Below are positions 45,001 through 53,980 of a DNA stretch of 64,000 nt, in pieces. Where the stretch lies: positions 14,870,642 through 14,934,641 of the forward strand of contig OZ037770.1 in assembly GCA_964035545.1 (NCBI GenBank). The letters run 5' to 3'. Source of the stretch: Bugula neritina. Its lineage: Eukaryota; Animalia; Bryozoa. The translations under genes and the position numbers were made by a program. Each line of letters starts with the position of its first letter. Positions within the stretch are counted from its first letter, which is position 1. Under the pieces are notes generated by a model that had not been told where the DNA came from, searched no databases, and saw nothing but the letters and a program-made list of their open reading frames with translations.

Positions 45001-45973
45001 TGTTTTCTAGAAAAAAGATTTTTAGCAATGCTACTTTTATTAGGACAATCCTTACTACTGCAAGTCGACAGTAACTAAGTATTGTGCTCCTATCTTTTTT
45101 TTATATTGAAAAGCTGGTTTTATTGTGACAAACGTAAATTTTAAGAGTTCGCATTTACCTATCACCTCAGTAAGATATTTTCTTCGATCTACTTTCCAGG
45201 CAGAGGAAATTGATGAAGTGGAAACAACTACCCTGGATGTAGCCAAGCCAAACCAAACAACCATCATCATAGCTGTGGTCATTTCTGCTACCCTCGTCTT
45301 GGTTGCTGCAGTCATCCTTATAGTTGTCATTTCCAAGAAGAAGTCGTGTGAGTCTTATAGAATTATGTGTTACTACATCCTGCCGAGAAATCCGATGCAA
45401 TCTGTTAACTAGTTAGATTAGCTATTATCTATAGACTATTTGAAACTTGTATACTCAAACGATATTGCTTTACAATAAATTTTATGCGAGCATATCTTGA
45501 ATTGATTCGGAATTTCTAAAAGCTTACTGATAAAGTTCCAGTTTGCTTTGAATTACACGGGGTTATAAAACTAATATAGTAATTATTGCTAACTTTCATA
45601 ACATGCTATTCTTAATCACTAAGCTGGTTTGAAATTTTAAGCTTTTAAGCTATTTAGTTATTATATTTTTAGCATAAATTTGTGCATATATTCAGCAGCC
45701 AAAACTGCATTTTGGTAAAAAAGATTGACAACGTTCACAGCAGATAGGTCATATTTTTCTTTTGTTGGCTTAAACTAAAAAAATAAGATTTAACGTAAAC
45801 TGTGAACAATATGATGCTTCATTATACATAGTTGAAAATTATTATCTGAACTTTTAGCCAAGACCTATCACAGCGATACTGAAATGAGAGCTGGTGTCAG
45901 TGGAACTACCCCGCCTCCAGAAAATTCTGCAGCACCCACTCCAAAGGGAGAAGCTCCAACTAAATCGGCTTAG
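5..45973 (+). CDS. PKHD1L1: Fibrocystin-L / PKHD1-like 1 homolog, multi-exon, 5' end outside window, alternative 3' ends
   Basis: Exons read by eye with AG/GT boundaries: 5-143, 449-560, 917-1068, 3152-3199, 3801-3991, 4126-4323, 4886-4971, 5420-5562, 6040-6106, 6378-6470, 7018-7105, 7510-7692, 8344-8484, 8756-8922, 9033-9132, 9527-9630, 9881-9993, 10235-10401, 10634-10807, 11061-11182, 11615-11779, 11936-12087, 12276-12349, 12603-13121, 13302-13512, 13755-13875, 14414-14534, 14869-14932, 15309-15427, 15670-15846, 16039-16224, 16485-16624, 17049-17193, 17565-17797, 17942-18131, 18551-18726, 19096-19221, 19495-19588, 19980-20153, 20318-20467, 20769-20946, 21385-21535, 21807-21963, 22575-22784, 23155-23371, 23799-24119, 24409-24613, 24877-25105, 25397-25576, 25985-26170, 26438-26579, 27106-27304, 27560-27660, 28485-28585, 29059-29230, 29398-29631, 29929-30091, 30396-30490, 30896-31023, 31420-31543, 32114-32302, 32730-32963, 33350-33510, 33796-33958, 34126-34299, 34575-34799, 35037-35214, 35534-35619, 36025-36165, 36275-36532, 36797-36993, 37273-37375, 37762-37980, 38222-38401, 38945-39102, 39437-39620, 40118-40318, 40841-40983, 41164-41243, 41641-41808, 42165-42337, then terminal exons listed separately. 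Family-diagnostic peptides: ACPDGFDPGEFATQTCFQGRFGDEIGNDQFGAQIM, AGQAFRLGRYPIHFH, VNPSDCVDMECDG, NGPQDHGWCAGYTCQKRISTF, RRKR. Confidence 0.95.
3992..4088 (+). repeat. 34-bp tandem repeat x3 starting at a splice donor
   Basis: Units at 3992, 4026, 4060 begin GTGAGT/GTAAGT. Confidence 0.85.
4126..7105 (+). CDS. PKHD1L1: PKHD1L1 exons: IPT/TIG domain followed by PA14 domain
   Basis: EVTGISPTEGSTAGGQLLTITGTGF...ITCRTP (IPT); GGRGL; GYLTPKITGDYRFYIKCDDASKLYLS...LVAGESYYME (PA14 signature). Confidence 0.85.
4328..4592 (+). repeat. 38-bp minisatellite x7 immediately after a donor
   Basis: agggcttatacagtagcttgtggagagatatgatgtgt units. Confidence 0.9.
5030..5292. repeat. AT-rich minisatellite (tattactacaata-like)
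   Basis: Directly visible; source of Y/I/T-rich spurious ORFs. Confidence 0.85.
6463..6678 (+). repeat. 36-bp tandem repeat x6 spanning an exon end and donor
   Basis: (atatggag)gtaagataactcctgtaatcagctga units with donor-like copies at 6471, 6507, 6543, 6579, 6615, 6651. Confidence 0.9.
7727..8065. repeat. (GAGT)n microsatellite
   Basis: Long GTGA array in an intron. Confidence 0.95.
12276..21535 (+). CDS. PKHD1L1: PKHD1L1 exons: long IPT/TIG repeat array with a cupredoxin-like insert
   Basis: Repeated SPxxGSxxGGTxVTITGxGF...CxVxxxSxTEIxCxT motifs over many exons (e.g. 12603-13121, 17049-17193, 20769-20946); insert ITINTGDIVRFQW...FEHQFNDVGTFYY in 14869-15846. Confidence 0.9.
20151..20211 (+). 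repeat. 17-bp repeat x4 containing CAG|GTAAC junction
   Basis: caggtaacttgtctgtg units at 20151, 20168, 20185, 20202. Confidence 0.85.
21807..27660 (+). CDS. PKHD1L1: PKHD1L1 exons: first G8 domain and parallel beta-helix (PbH1/CEMIP-like) region
   Basis: DVWSSVYTWGG...ILIVNGGKLTVGTEEKPF...LPIYGAKCLAVREGELNLHG (G8); FNRAVNVHGSHN...GAFFLEDGIE; AAFWATNPDN...AGGTHFGWWY. Confidence 0.92.
22000..22260. repeat. Degenerate (CACT/CATT)n microsatellite
   Basis: Directly visible. Confidence 0.8.
23369..23555 (+). repeat. 25-bp minisatellite spanning an exon end and donor
   Basis: cga|gttagtgtctatttcctccttg units. Confidence 0.9.
28100..28441. repeat. 16-bp minisatellite (gtaggtagatgaaagt)
   Basis: About 21 copies, ending about 45 nt before an acceptor. 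Confidence 0.9.
29398..37375 (+). CDS. PKHD1L1: PKHD1L1 exons: second G8 domain and second beta-helix region
   Basis: WSDGSIWP...IIRGGRFIAG...VKAIGVFGGLDLHG; AAEVALLTRNIVI; GQYGYTEAFDPRY; AAGSERSGF; GIGDYRIPKVML; ESMDKDTEVRRLSP. Confidence 0.92.
33506..33756 (+). repeat. 14-bp minisatellite (atagttactagtat) starting at a donor
   Basis: Unit contains the ATA|GTTA junction sequence of the exon ending at 33510. Confidence 0.85.
38393..38727 (+). repeat. 40-bp minisatellite (about 9 copies) spanning an exon end and donor, followed by a 46-bp repeat near 38800-38925
   Basis: taccagaaa|gtat junction recurs as taccagagagtat every 40 bp. Confidence 0.9.
39103..39342 (+). repeat. 26-bp minisatellite starting at a donor
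   Basis: cagtcactgttagtaatactcactat-like units. Confidence 0.85.
39897..40106. repeat. 16-bp minisatellite (ctacactgtacaccat) abutting an acceptor
   Basis: Directly visible; ends about 10 nt before the AG at 40116-40117. Confidence 0.85.
42815..42940 (+). CDS. PKHD1L1: PKHD1L1 Thr-rich stalk exon (42815-42859) with in-frame read-through to a hydrophobic, GPI-signal-like C-terminus
   Basis: Phase-0 acceptor cttcag|ACC matches phase-0 donor at 42337; TTTISTTSADVDVTA then GCA|GTAAGT donor at 42860; read-through gives VSRWTSLFLALLAYTFVTCLSPFGLC*. Confidence 0.6.
   Translation, partial: TTTISTTSADVDVTAVSRWTSLFLALLAYTFVTCLSPFGLC
43555..44225 (+). CDS. PKHD1L1: PKHD1L1 terminal cassette 1: TM exon plus two cytoplasmic-tail exons
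   Basis: Exons 43555-43675 (phase 0 to 1), 43786-43821, 44134-44225 translate to NEDPTSAARVITPIIVISLLVTLLALSTAIICFVKIKTRKRLQKVGDSVIYPSKIDEESAVNLRSTSRTESPMGYETYQTKS*; TM followed by basic residues. Confidence 0.8.
44411..44416 (+). terminator. Candidate polyadenylation signal for cassette 1
   Basis: AATAAA about 185 nt after the TAA at 44225, after a T-rich UTR. Confidence 0.55.
45200..45973 (+). CDS. PKHD1L1: PKHD1L1 terminal cassette 2: TM exon plus cytoplasmic-tail exon
   Basis: Exons 45200-45347 (phase 0 to 1) and 45858-45973 translate to AEEIDEVETTTLDVAKPNQTTIIIAVVISATLVLVAAVILIVVISKKKSSKTYHSDTEMRAGVSGTTPPPENSAAPTPKGEAPTKSA*. Confidence 0.75.
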
Positions 45974-46182
45974 AGAAATACAAAGTCTATGAAAGACAAC
46001 TTACTCTCCATATCTCTTGACTCAAGTTACTAAGCTTTTCGTGTACTATTGTAATGTGTGACTGTTTTCTTGCTTTTTTATTGGTAATGTGCATATCCGT
46101 CCATATTAACAAAGATGTTTATTTTTAACAAGCTTTTTATGTTTTTTTACCAAGCTAAAGATAAATTGTTTTATTTTTAACA

Positions 46183-46188
46183 AATAAA
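46183..46188 (+). terminator. Candidate polyadenylation signal for cassette 2
   Basis: AATAAA about 210 nt after the TAG at 45973, followed by a GT-rich tract. Confidence 0.55.
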
Positions 46189-46864
46189 GTTTTGTATTGC
46201 AAATGAATATCTTGTAACAATCAACTTGAAGTTTCTTTAGAAATGCTCAATACTCTACCGCAGTTTAAAGTTAATCATAAGTGGTAACTTCGTAACATAA
46301 ATCAGCAACTAACTGATTTTTCATAGGAGTAGATAACTCTAACAGTAGCATAGCTACCATTCAATCACGAAATCAATAACCAAATAGCAGCTCAATAATT
46401 CACTAACAAATCAATAACACCAAGCTATAACTAAAGCTGCCTGAGAGCTACAGTTAGTTCCTAATAAAGAAACACACCAATAGAAAGCAACGCATGCCTT
46501 ACAGCTGCCCGTTCAAAGTTTTCTAAGCACTTTCTAGATACAATAAGTAATATAATTGACCAGGAGCTTAATTATAGGACTTTGCTTTACTATATACTGT
46601 ATATCATCTATATATCTATCTAAAACCTGTACAATCTATTTCTTTATGGTAGATTCTACCGCAAGAATAGCTATATTGTAATAATCAATAAGCTGAATAG
46701 ATGTTAGTATAGAAAGAAAGCTTTATTAAAGAGTTGCTATACAGTTATTACAGCATCAGCAATTCAGACGGACAGAAAACTGCTCAGAGGCTAATTCGCT
46801 CTTTAGTTAAACTAGTAGCTGAATAGTTAACGAGTTGTCTAATTAGCTTATTCTGATTCTGAAG

Positions 46865-49800
46865 ATGATTCGACTACATTTACGCAAAGTTCTTTCTATC
46901 ATCTTTTCCTTCTTGGTAATTGCGACAATTCTTAAATTTAGACAATTTTTCCTACAAAATACATCCCTGCAGTCGACCAGTGTAGAAAATGATAAAACTC
47001 AGCTACAGAAACAGGCTATGAGACAGCTAAACTCTTACAAATATTCCAGACGTCAAAAGAATAAAACCGCACCTGATGTTCAGTTTGACTTGTACATAGA
47101 AGACATCTTTATAGCAGTCAAGTCTACTAAAGACCATCACTCTAAACGACTTAATTTGTTACTAGACACGTGGATACCTCAAGCTTCTTCCTCTGTAAGT
47201 ACTCTACATAGAGAAAGCTATTCTGATGTGTGTAAGTGCATAGTGTAAGCAGAGTAAAAATATGTAAGTACAGTAAACATATGTAAGTACAGTAGACATA
47301 TGTAAGTACAGTAGACATATGTAAGTACAGTAAACATATGTAAGTACAGTAGACATATGTAAGTACAGTAAACATATGTAAGTACAGTAGACATATGTAA
47401 ATTATACAGTAGACATATGTAAGCACAGTAGACATATGTAAGTACAGCAAACATATGTAAGTACAGTAGACATATGTAAGTACAGTAGACATATGTAAGT
47501 ACAGTAGACATATGTAAGTACAGTAGACATATGTAAGTACAGTAGACATATGTAAGTACAGTAGACATATGTAAGTACAGTAGACATATGTAAGTACAGT
47601 AGACATATGTAAGTACAGTAGACATATGTAAGTACAGTAGACATATGTAAGTACAGTAGACATGTGTAAGTACAGTAGACATATGTAAGTACAGTAGACA
47701 TATGTAAGTACAGTAGACATATGTAAGTACAGTAGATGTGTGTATATAAGCACATAATGTTAGTACTGTAGATATGTTTAAATATACATATATACAATGA
47801 ACTAAAATTTATGAGTTGATAGATATTTACAGTTAAAAAGTTATAAATAAAAAAGATTTGTCATGAAGCATCGACTGTGTTTTATGAATTCTGTCATCAA
47901 AATTTTGACTTCAGGCATTCTTTCTTGTCACTTTTAAAAGAATTGTTAGTAGAAAAGAAACTGTATTTCATACACATATTCACTATAGTATTTTATCTGT
48001 AGCTTAGATTAACATTATTTGATTTGTAAATTATGCTGTTGTAATTATCTGGGCATGCGTATAAATCTATTAGATTATCTAATGAAACCAACCTCCTGAT
48101 GATTTTATCGTTATATGTTATGCATTAAATTATATAATATCATATTATTATGTGTTGTACATTATATATTATAATATATATTATACTACATATTTTGTTA
48201 TAGGCTATACTATTTTATATATTGTATAATATGCTATAAATTATATTATCTTGTATACCACAATGTATTATATATTATAGTTGTGCAAAGCATATATTAA
48301 CTCCCTATTTTCTTACATAAAAATAAAGCAACTAAATTATCATCTAACATAATTGAGTTTTCATTGAAAATTGCGTTCTTATATAGGCTAATGATTTGAA
48401 TAACTTCAAGTAAACGCATTGGCTTTAGAAAGTCTGCTACATTTATTTCATTTGCAAACTAGACTTTAGAAAAAGCCTTAACTGTTAAAAGTCTCCATGC
48501 AAGGGCTATAATATAGTTGGTTGGCTTTGTTAACATTTATCTATTAGTTTGAATGATTGATTTATTTATTGCATATCACAGACATGACAACACGTTGCGA
48601 AATTCAATGTAAATAGAATAGTTTGAGTGGATACTTAATTTTCTACATTCTAATTACCTAATTATATAATGTATATAATGTAACATATTATATAAACAAA
48701 GTTAACTTGCTATTCCCAGATTATATTCTGTTACAGGTTTATATTATAACTGACGGAGAAGATGAGAGATATTCAAAAATATTTGGTGAGTCATAATTAC
48801 CACGCATTTTATAATATTATGCATGTAATAATATAGTATAATCTATTACCTTGTAATATGACAAAGTGCCTATAAATGTTTTGATATATAAGATATGTGT
48901 GTTAGTGCAATATTTAGCAGTATTTTTCTATTACTAAAATATATTGTGATGTATACATTACAATATATTATAGTAATAGAAAAATACAGCTAAATATCAT
49001 ACGATATTAAATTGTAATACTGCATTTTATAGCTCAATATTTCTGAAAACCTGCTTTAGTTGGGCCTTAGTTTTTGGTAAATTTTTGTAGGCAAAGAGCA
49101 TTTTATCGAGACACCTTGTGGAGCCTCCCACTCTAAGTGAGTATAGATTACAGAGCTTAGACATTCTCCTTTGATTCCTCTTTTGTTCAAAAATCAAATT
49201 TTTTGACGCCTATACTTCTATTAGCGCGCACTGAAAAGCCCACATTCAGCTTAAATTCTCCGTAAATATTTAAAGTTTGAAAATCTTTCTTTGCACTATA
49301 TTTACACAAAAATAAAGCTTTTTAGACAGAAAGTGGTTTTTCAAAAGACAATAGCATTCAAATTTATTTAGAGTATTTTTGTCTAGAACATTAACATTTT
49401 AAACTAAAATAAAATATTTTTAAACTGTTTTGCTAACATCAATAATTAGAGGAATTGTATCTTTTATAGGAAAGACTTGACATGTAAACTACAGGCTATC
49501 TACGATGTATATCTGAGCAAAGAAGCAAAGTAAGACTCGAGTGTATTTCATCATGTTGAGAGAAAACTTTAGTTATATAACTCCAACTGTTTTGAACAAC
49601 TCATTCTTAGCTGAGAAAATACTCTATATTATAGCTGTCCAAATGTGGCATTCAGCCTACATTTATGTGGCCTCTCAAAGGCATGAAGTTAAAATTAGTT
49701 TTCACACCTATACATGAATTAGAGTGAAAACCCCCCTTTTTTAAATGTCTTATTTATACACATGCTACAAAACATGCAGTCTGTAGTAAAAATTGGGAAT

Positions 49801-52800
49801 TAATCAAGTAATAATTCATAAGAATTTGGAATAAAATAATTTAAAAGATTTTGATGTTGTGACCCTCAGCTCAAACTAAAGTTTACAATGTAGCCCTCGC
49901 CATGGAATATTTCCTTTTAGTGGCCCTCAGTCTAAAAAAGCTAGACACCTTTGCTTTATATGTTGCATGCATATTGAATTCGCCACCTTAGAGCTCTGGT
50001 GATGTTTCAGATACAAATGGCTGTGTTCAGTTGATGATGACAACTACGTGTTGGTGCCTAATCTGGTCAAGACGCTCCGTAAATATGACTATAACAAGGA
50101 CTGGTACATAGGCAAACCTAGCTTGCCTCACAAATACTCAACTATAGAAAACAATGGAATGCAGGTTCTGAATTGCTGTATACTATCTCTCTTCTAACCT
50201 TCCAGTACACTCTATTCCTTCTAACCTTCCTGGTTTACTCCATCTTTTCTCAACTTCCTGGTTTACTCCATCTTTTCTCAACTTCCTACTTTATTACTTG
50301 CTTTGACAAGTTATCAGGTTCAATATGATATCAGCAAGCCATCACATTCTGAAGCGTTATGTTATGTAATTCTAAATAATGACTATTGCTTAGGTATATC
50401 GTATTATGTTATATTATGCACATCTGAAATGAAAGGAATTATTACAGTTTGGCTCAACTACTATTAAAAACTAAACTGTTTATTCAAAAAAATAATTTTA
50501 AATAATAAACTCTTTTACCTGCAGAGTGTAGTAATGAGTTGTTATGTAATGGTGTTTTTAGACCAAGAAGATATCGTACTGGTTTGCTACTGGGGGCGCT
50601 GGCTTGTGCATAAGTAGGGCACTAGCAAAGAGAATGTTTGCTCTATGTGGGTGAGTAGAGAGAGACAGCTAAGCTAAAAATAAAAAAATAACAATGCATT
50701 GTGAGTAAATAAAAAGTAAACTACAGGCAGCTGTTAGCTTTACTGAAATAATTTGCCGGCTTCTCATAAAACACTTTAGAAGTGAAGTTAATCTACATGA
50801 AAATTACAAGCTTCCTGAAATTGATGTGGGAGTTTTTGTAAGTTTTAAATTAGAGGTTTAGAGCTTAAAATAAAAATTAGCTACAAAAATTTATTGAGTC
50901 AAAGCTTGGCAGGTTTTTCTTGATTAAGCAAATGCATTCAAAAATTTTGCTCAACACCCTCAGAAATTTACGTAAAAAGGAGAAAATACAATTTCAATGC
51001 ACGATGGCCTTTCTATAATTATGATGTTTTGGACACTCTTTTGTAGAGAAGGTAGATTTCAGCAAAGAGCTAAAGATATAGAAGAGACTGACGATACAAC
51101 CATAGGATACGTAATCAGTAAGCTATAATCATTTTTATTTACCACTTAGATATATTGTAGTGAATTTCCCAATTCACTATATTATGTGGGTCTACTTATA
51201 ATACAAAGCTACTTCACCAGGTTGATCACGTTATATAGAATTTATTATTTACAAAAGATACAATAAATGAAACTACTAAACTAATTACACTATTACATAA
51301 TACGGAGCACTCTATACACAACTACTCTATGCCAAGTCCCAAGCTGCTCTGCCGGGCTAGCTGCTTAGCGTGCTTCCATGATACATAGCTAGCTCCACCT
51401 GATATTAATTAGCAGTCACTCCTGATTGGCTAGCATTAGTGGTGCCACTGTCGACCATAAGATGCTGTTGGCTGGGTAAGATGTGTCGATCTCCACAATA
51501 ACATGACATAGAGTCGACCCTTTCGATATATAAACTAAATCACTAATTACATTATTAAAATCCACTACAATATCTGGATTACAATTGTATACATCCTAAT
51601 ACTATCAGTATGACTGTATATATAATATAGAGTGCCTCATTATTTATTGTATGGGGTGCAGTTATTTTTGTTTCTCATATGCTTATAATAAAGTATTTAG
51701 CCATTATTCTCTCCGGTATGCTCACAAAAAGCTCTCATAGGTCTATAATTTGCTCTCATACCCTTATTATTCATGCTCTTAAGTCTATTATCTGGTTTCA
51801 TACTGTTGCATAATTTTATATAATCACTAATACAATAATACTTTATGTAAACAAAGCCTTTTACCATTAATTGGTGAAACATTACATTTTCTAGATCACT
51901 TACTTGGAGTTGTGTTAACTATCATACCAGAGTTTCACTCACACATTGAGCCTCTGTGGGAAATTAACTCCAAAGATTTCCACAAGCAGGTAAATAGTTT
52001 TCTATATCCTACAGATCCAATAATGAGCAACATTCTGGTTTAGTAATAGCTAATTAAAAAACTATACAGCTGCTGCACTTTTGTATTAAATATATATTTC
52101 AAAATATGTTAAAAGTTGTGAGGAGAAATTTTACTATAAGCCTCATGTGGTGAAAATTCAACATCATCCCATTTCAAATTTTCGATCATTATAAAAATAT
52201 ATTCAAATTTAAAGTTATTTAAATAAATAAATAATTTTATAAAAGTTTAATTACCAATGTTAACATACATGCTTATATAAGGATTGAATTTGTTTGAGTT
52301 AAGTTTAAACATACTGCTATAACTACATGTATGTTACAGGTGACATTGAGTTGGGGAAAAGTGACAGCCTCTGGTGGAGTTATCATTCCTAACAGGGTAT
52401 TGATAAACGACGAGATTAAAAAGTATCCCACTTCTTTAGACAAAACTAGGTATGTCGTAGATGTCATTGTTTTCATTAGATGTCATTGCTTTTAGTTTTA
52501 TTGCTCAAAAGAGGGTAGCTACAGTCAATAATTACTGCAATTATTCATCAATTAGCTAATTGCATAAACCAATTTGAAATTAAATCCAAACCAACTGTCC
52601 ACATTTTAAAAAGCTACTGAAAAAATAGATTAACAAGTTTTGTGTATAATAACCAAGCAGCTTTGATAGATGCTAACTTTACAGCGTGTTCTATAGCCCT
52701 AGGTTTGGAATATGAGGACACAAACTGAAATAAATACTCTTAGAGTGCTACACCATCTGTTCTGTTCTGTTTATGATGCATAAATTGCGTGTTCTGTAAG

Positions 52801-52898
52801 AGAACTGTTACTTTAGGATGTTGTCACTTCACTGCCATTTTTATCCCTCATCAAAGCAATGTGAACGCATTATAGACAAGCTGGGAGACCCTAAATAA
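46865..52898 (+). CDS. fng: Fringe-like beta-1,3-N-acetylglucosaminyltransferase (GT31), 10 exons, 361 aa
   Basis: Exons 46865-47194, 48737-48785, 49091-49136, 49470-49529, 50011-50164, 50562-50650, 51047-51117, 51895-51989, 52340-52449, 52817-52898 sum to 1086 nt in frame. N-terminal type II anchor; DIFIAVKSTKDHHSKRL..LLDTW, IITDGED, WLCSVDDDNY, YIGKPSL, WFATGGAGLCISRAL, DDTTIGY, FHSHIE, QVTLS, SLHCHFYP..QC. Confidence 0.92.
47260..47736 (+). repeat. 19-bp minisatellite (gtaagtacagtagacatat), about 25 copies, in fringe intron 1
   Basis: Nearly every unit starts GTAAGTAC, identical to the real donor at 47195. Confidence 0.92.
48555..48614 (-). mobile_element. Short second copy of the dispersed repeat at 63812-63853
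   Basis: gattgatttatttattgcatatcacagacatgacaacacgttgcgaaattcaatgtaaata. Confidence 0.5.
49630..49953. mobile_element. Decayed hAT (Charlie-like) MITE in a fringe intron
   Basis: Ends tatagctgtcc / agacacctttg resemble CAGGGGTGTCC-type TIRs; subterminal TGTGGCCCTC-like motifs; 8-bp flanks ctctatat / ctttatat (7 of 8 match). Confidence 0.55.
51156..51569. mobile_element. Solo LTR (probably Gypsy-type) in a fringe intron
   Basis: 414 bp; starts TGTAGTG, ends CACTACA (inverted termini); 4-bp TSD ATAT on both sides; more GC-rich than the flanking intron. Confidence 0.7.
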
Positions 52899-53926
52899 CT
52901 GCTTTTTCCCATAAACGGTATTCTCAAGTAACTATGTTGTACAGATATTACCGTTTAATGCAATTTATGTAAATAATATTTTGATATTGATTTTATGCAA
53001 ACAGCTTATTGTATTTCATTCATGGAATTTTGAAAAAAAAATTGAAGGAAAAATGAAGTTTTCAACAGTGTCAATGCAGATGTGACTTATTTATCAATAG
53101 GTAAATATTTTATATATAAACTTGCAAACCGGGCACACTATAAAGTTGTAATAACTATGGTGAACTAAAACAAGGAGTTATAACTCAATGGTAGTCACAG
53201 ATAGTGCATAATTTCAGGTTTGCTTAAAGTACAAATGTTTATGTCGCAATGCAGATGTAAAGTGTAGACATCTTGCATACTGGAAACACATGCAAGTATG
53301 ACGTGTGTAGTCAGCATTTTCATCCTAACATAGACCTTTACGGTGACAGGAAATGACATAAAGTCACTTGCTTGAGTTGGACATGACCAACGGAGACCTT
53401 CGGGTGTAATGAGAAGCGTGTGGATATATCTACCACAAAATCAACCAAACTACCAGCAAAAGTAAAATCTGACATGAATTAAATATATTATTATAAAAAT
53501 GAACTAAAATATTAGAAAAGGTAAGCATAATATATAAAGAAAATTAATTTGCAAATTTTTCAAGTTTTAAAATAATAATAGCTATTTTAGTTTAATTTTG
53601 ATCAAGAAGCATTGATTTCAGAGCTAGTTTTGAAAAAAAAAATTTTAAATTGACATGACAAAACCTTCTATATAGGAAATATATAGAATAATATTTTATA
53701 AAACTAATCAATTAAATGTATTAGAGTCTTTCAAGTGACATGATTCATGTATAGACAAAATATAAAAGAAAAGTAATAAATTCTCAACAATCTCATATCA
53801 TATCAAACACAACTGTATGACATAATAGTGAAATATGAAATCTTAGTGAAAGTTAAAAACACAAAATGCTAAGCAAAATTAATGCCATTGTATTACGTAA
53901 CCTGAGGCAGTAAGAAAATACACATC

Positions 53927-53932
53927 TTTATT
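53927..53932 (-). terminator. Candidate polyadenylation signal of the M13 peptidase gene
   Basis: TTTATT on + (AATAAA on -) about 50 nt after the stop; AT-rich context lowers specificity. Confidence 0.35.
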
Positions 53933-53980
53933 TATAAAATAAATATTATAGTTAGGAGGAAATATTACATAGCCTTGATT

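Noticed and set aside
45696-45714. Possible micro-exon between the cassette 2 exons (cag|cagccaaaactgcattttg|gtaaaa)
   Set aside because: Would shift phase from 1 to 2 and break the frame of the final exon; direct 45347 to 45858 splicing is in frame.
47151-47797. Three overlapping minus-strand ORFs (YVYCTYICLL repeats)
   Set aside because: Artifact of the 19-bp minisatellite.
53265-53310. Imperfect hairpin in the fringe/M13 intergenic region
   Set aside because: Too short and imperfect to support an ncRNA or SECIS call.
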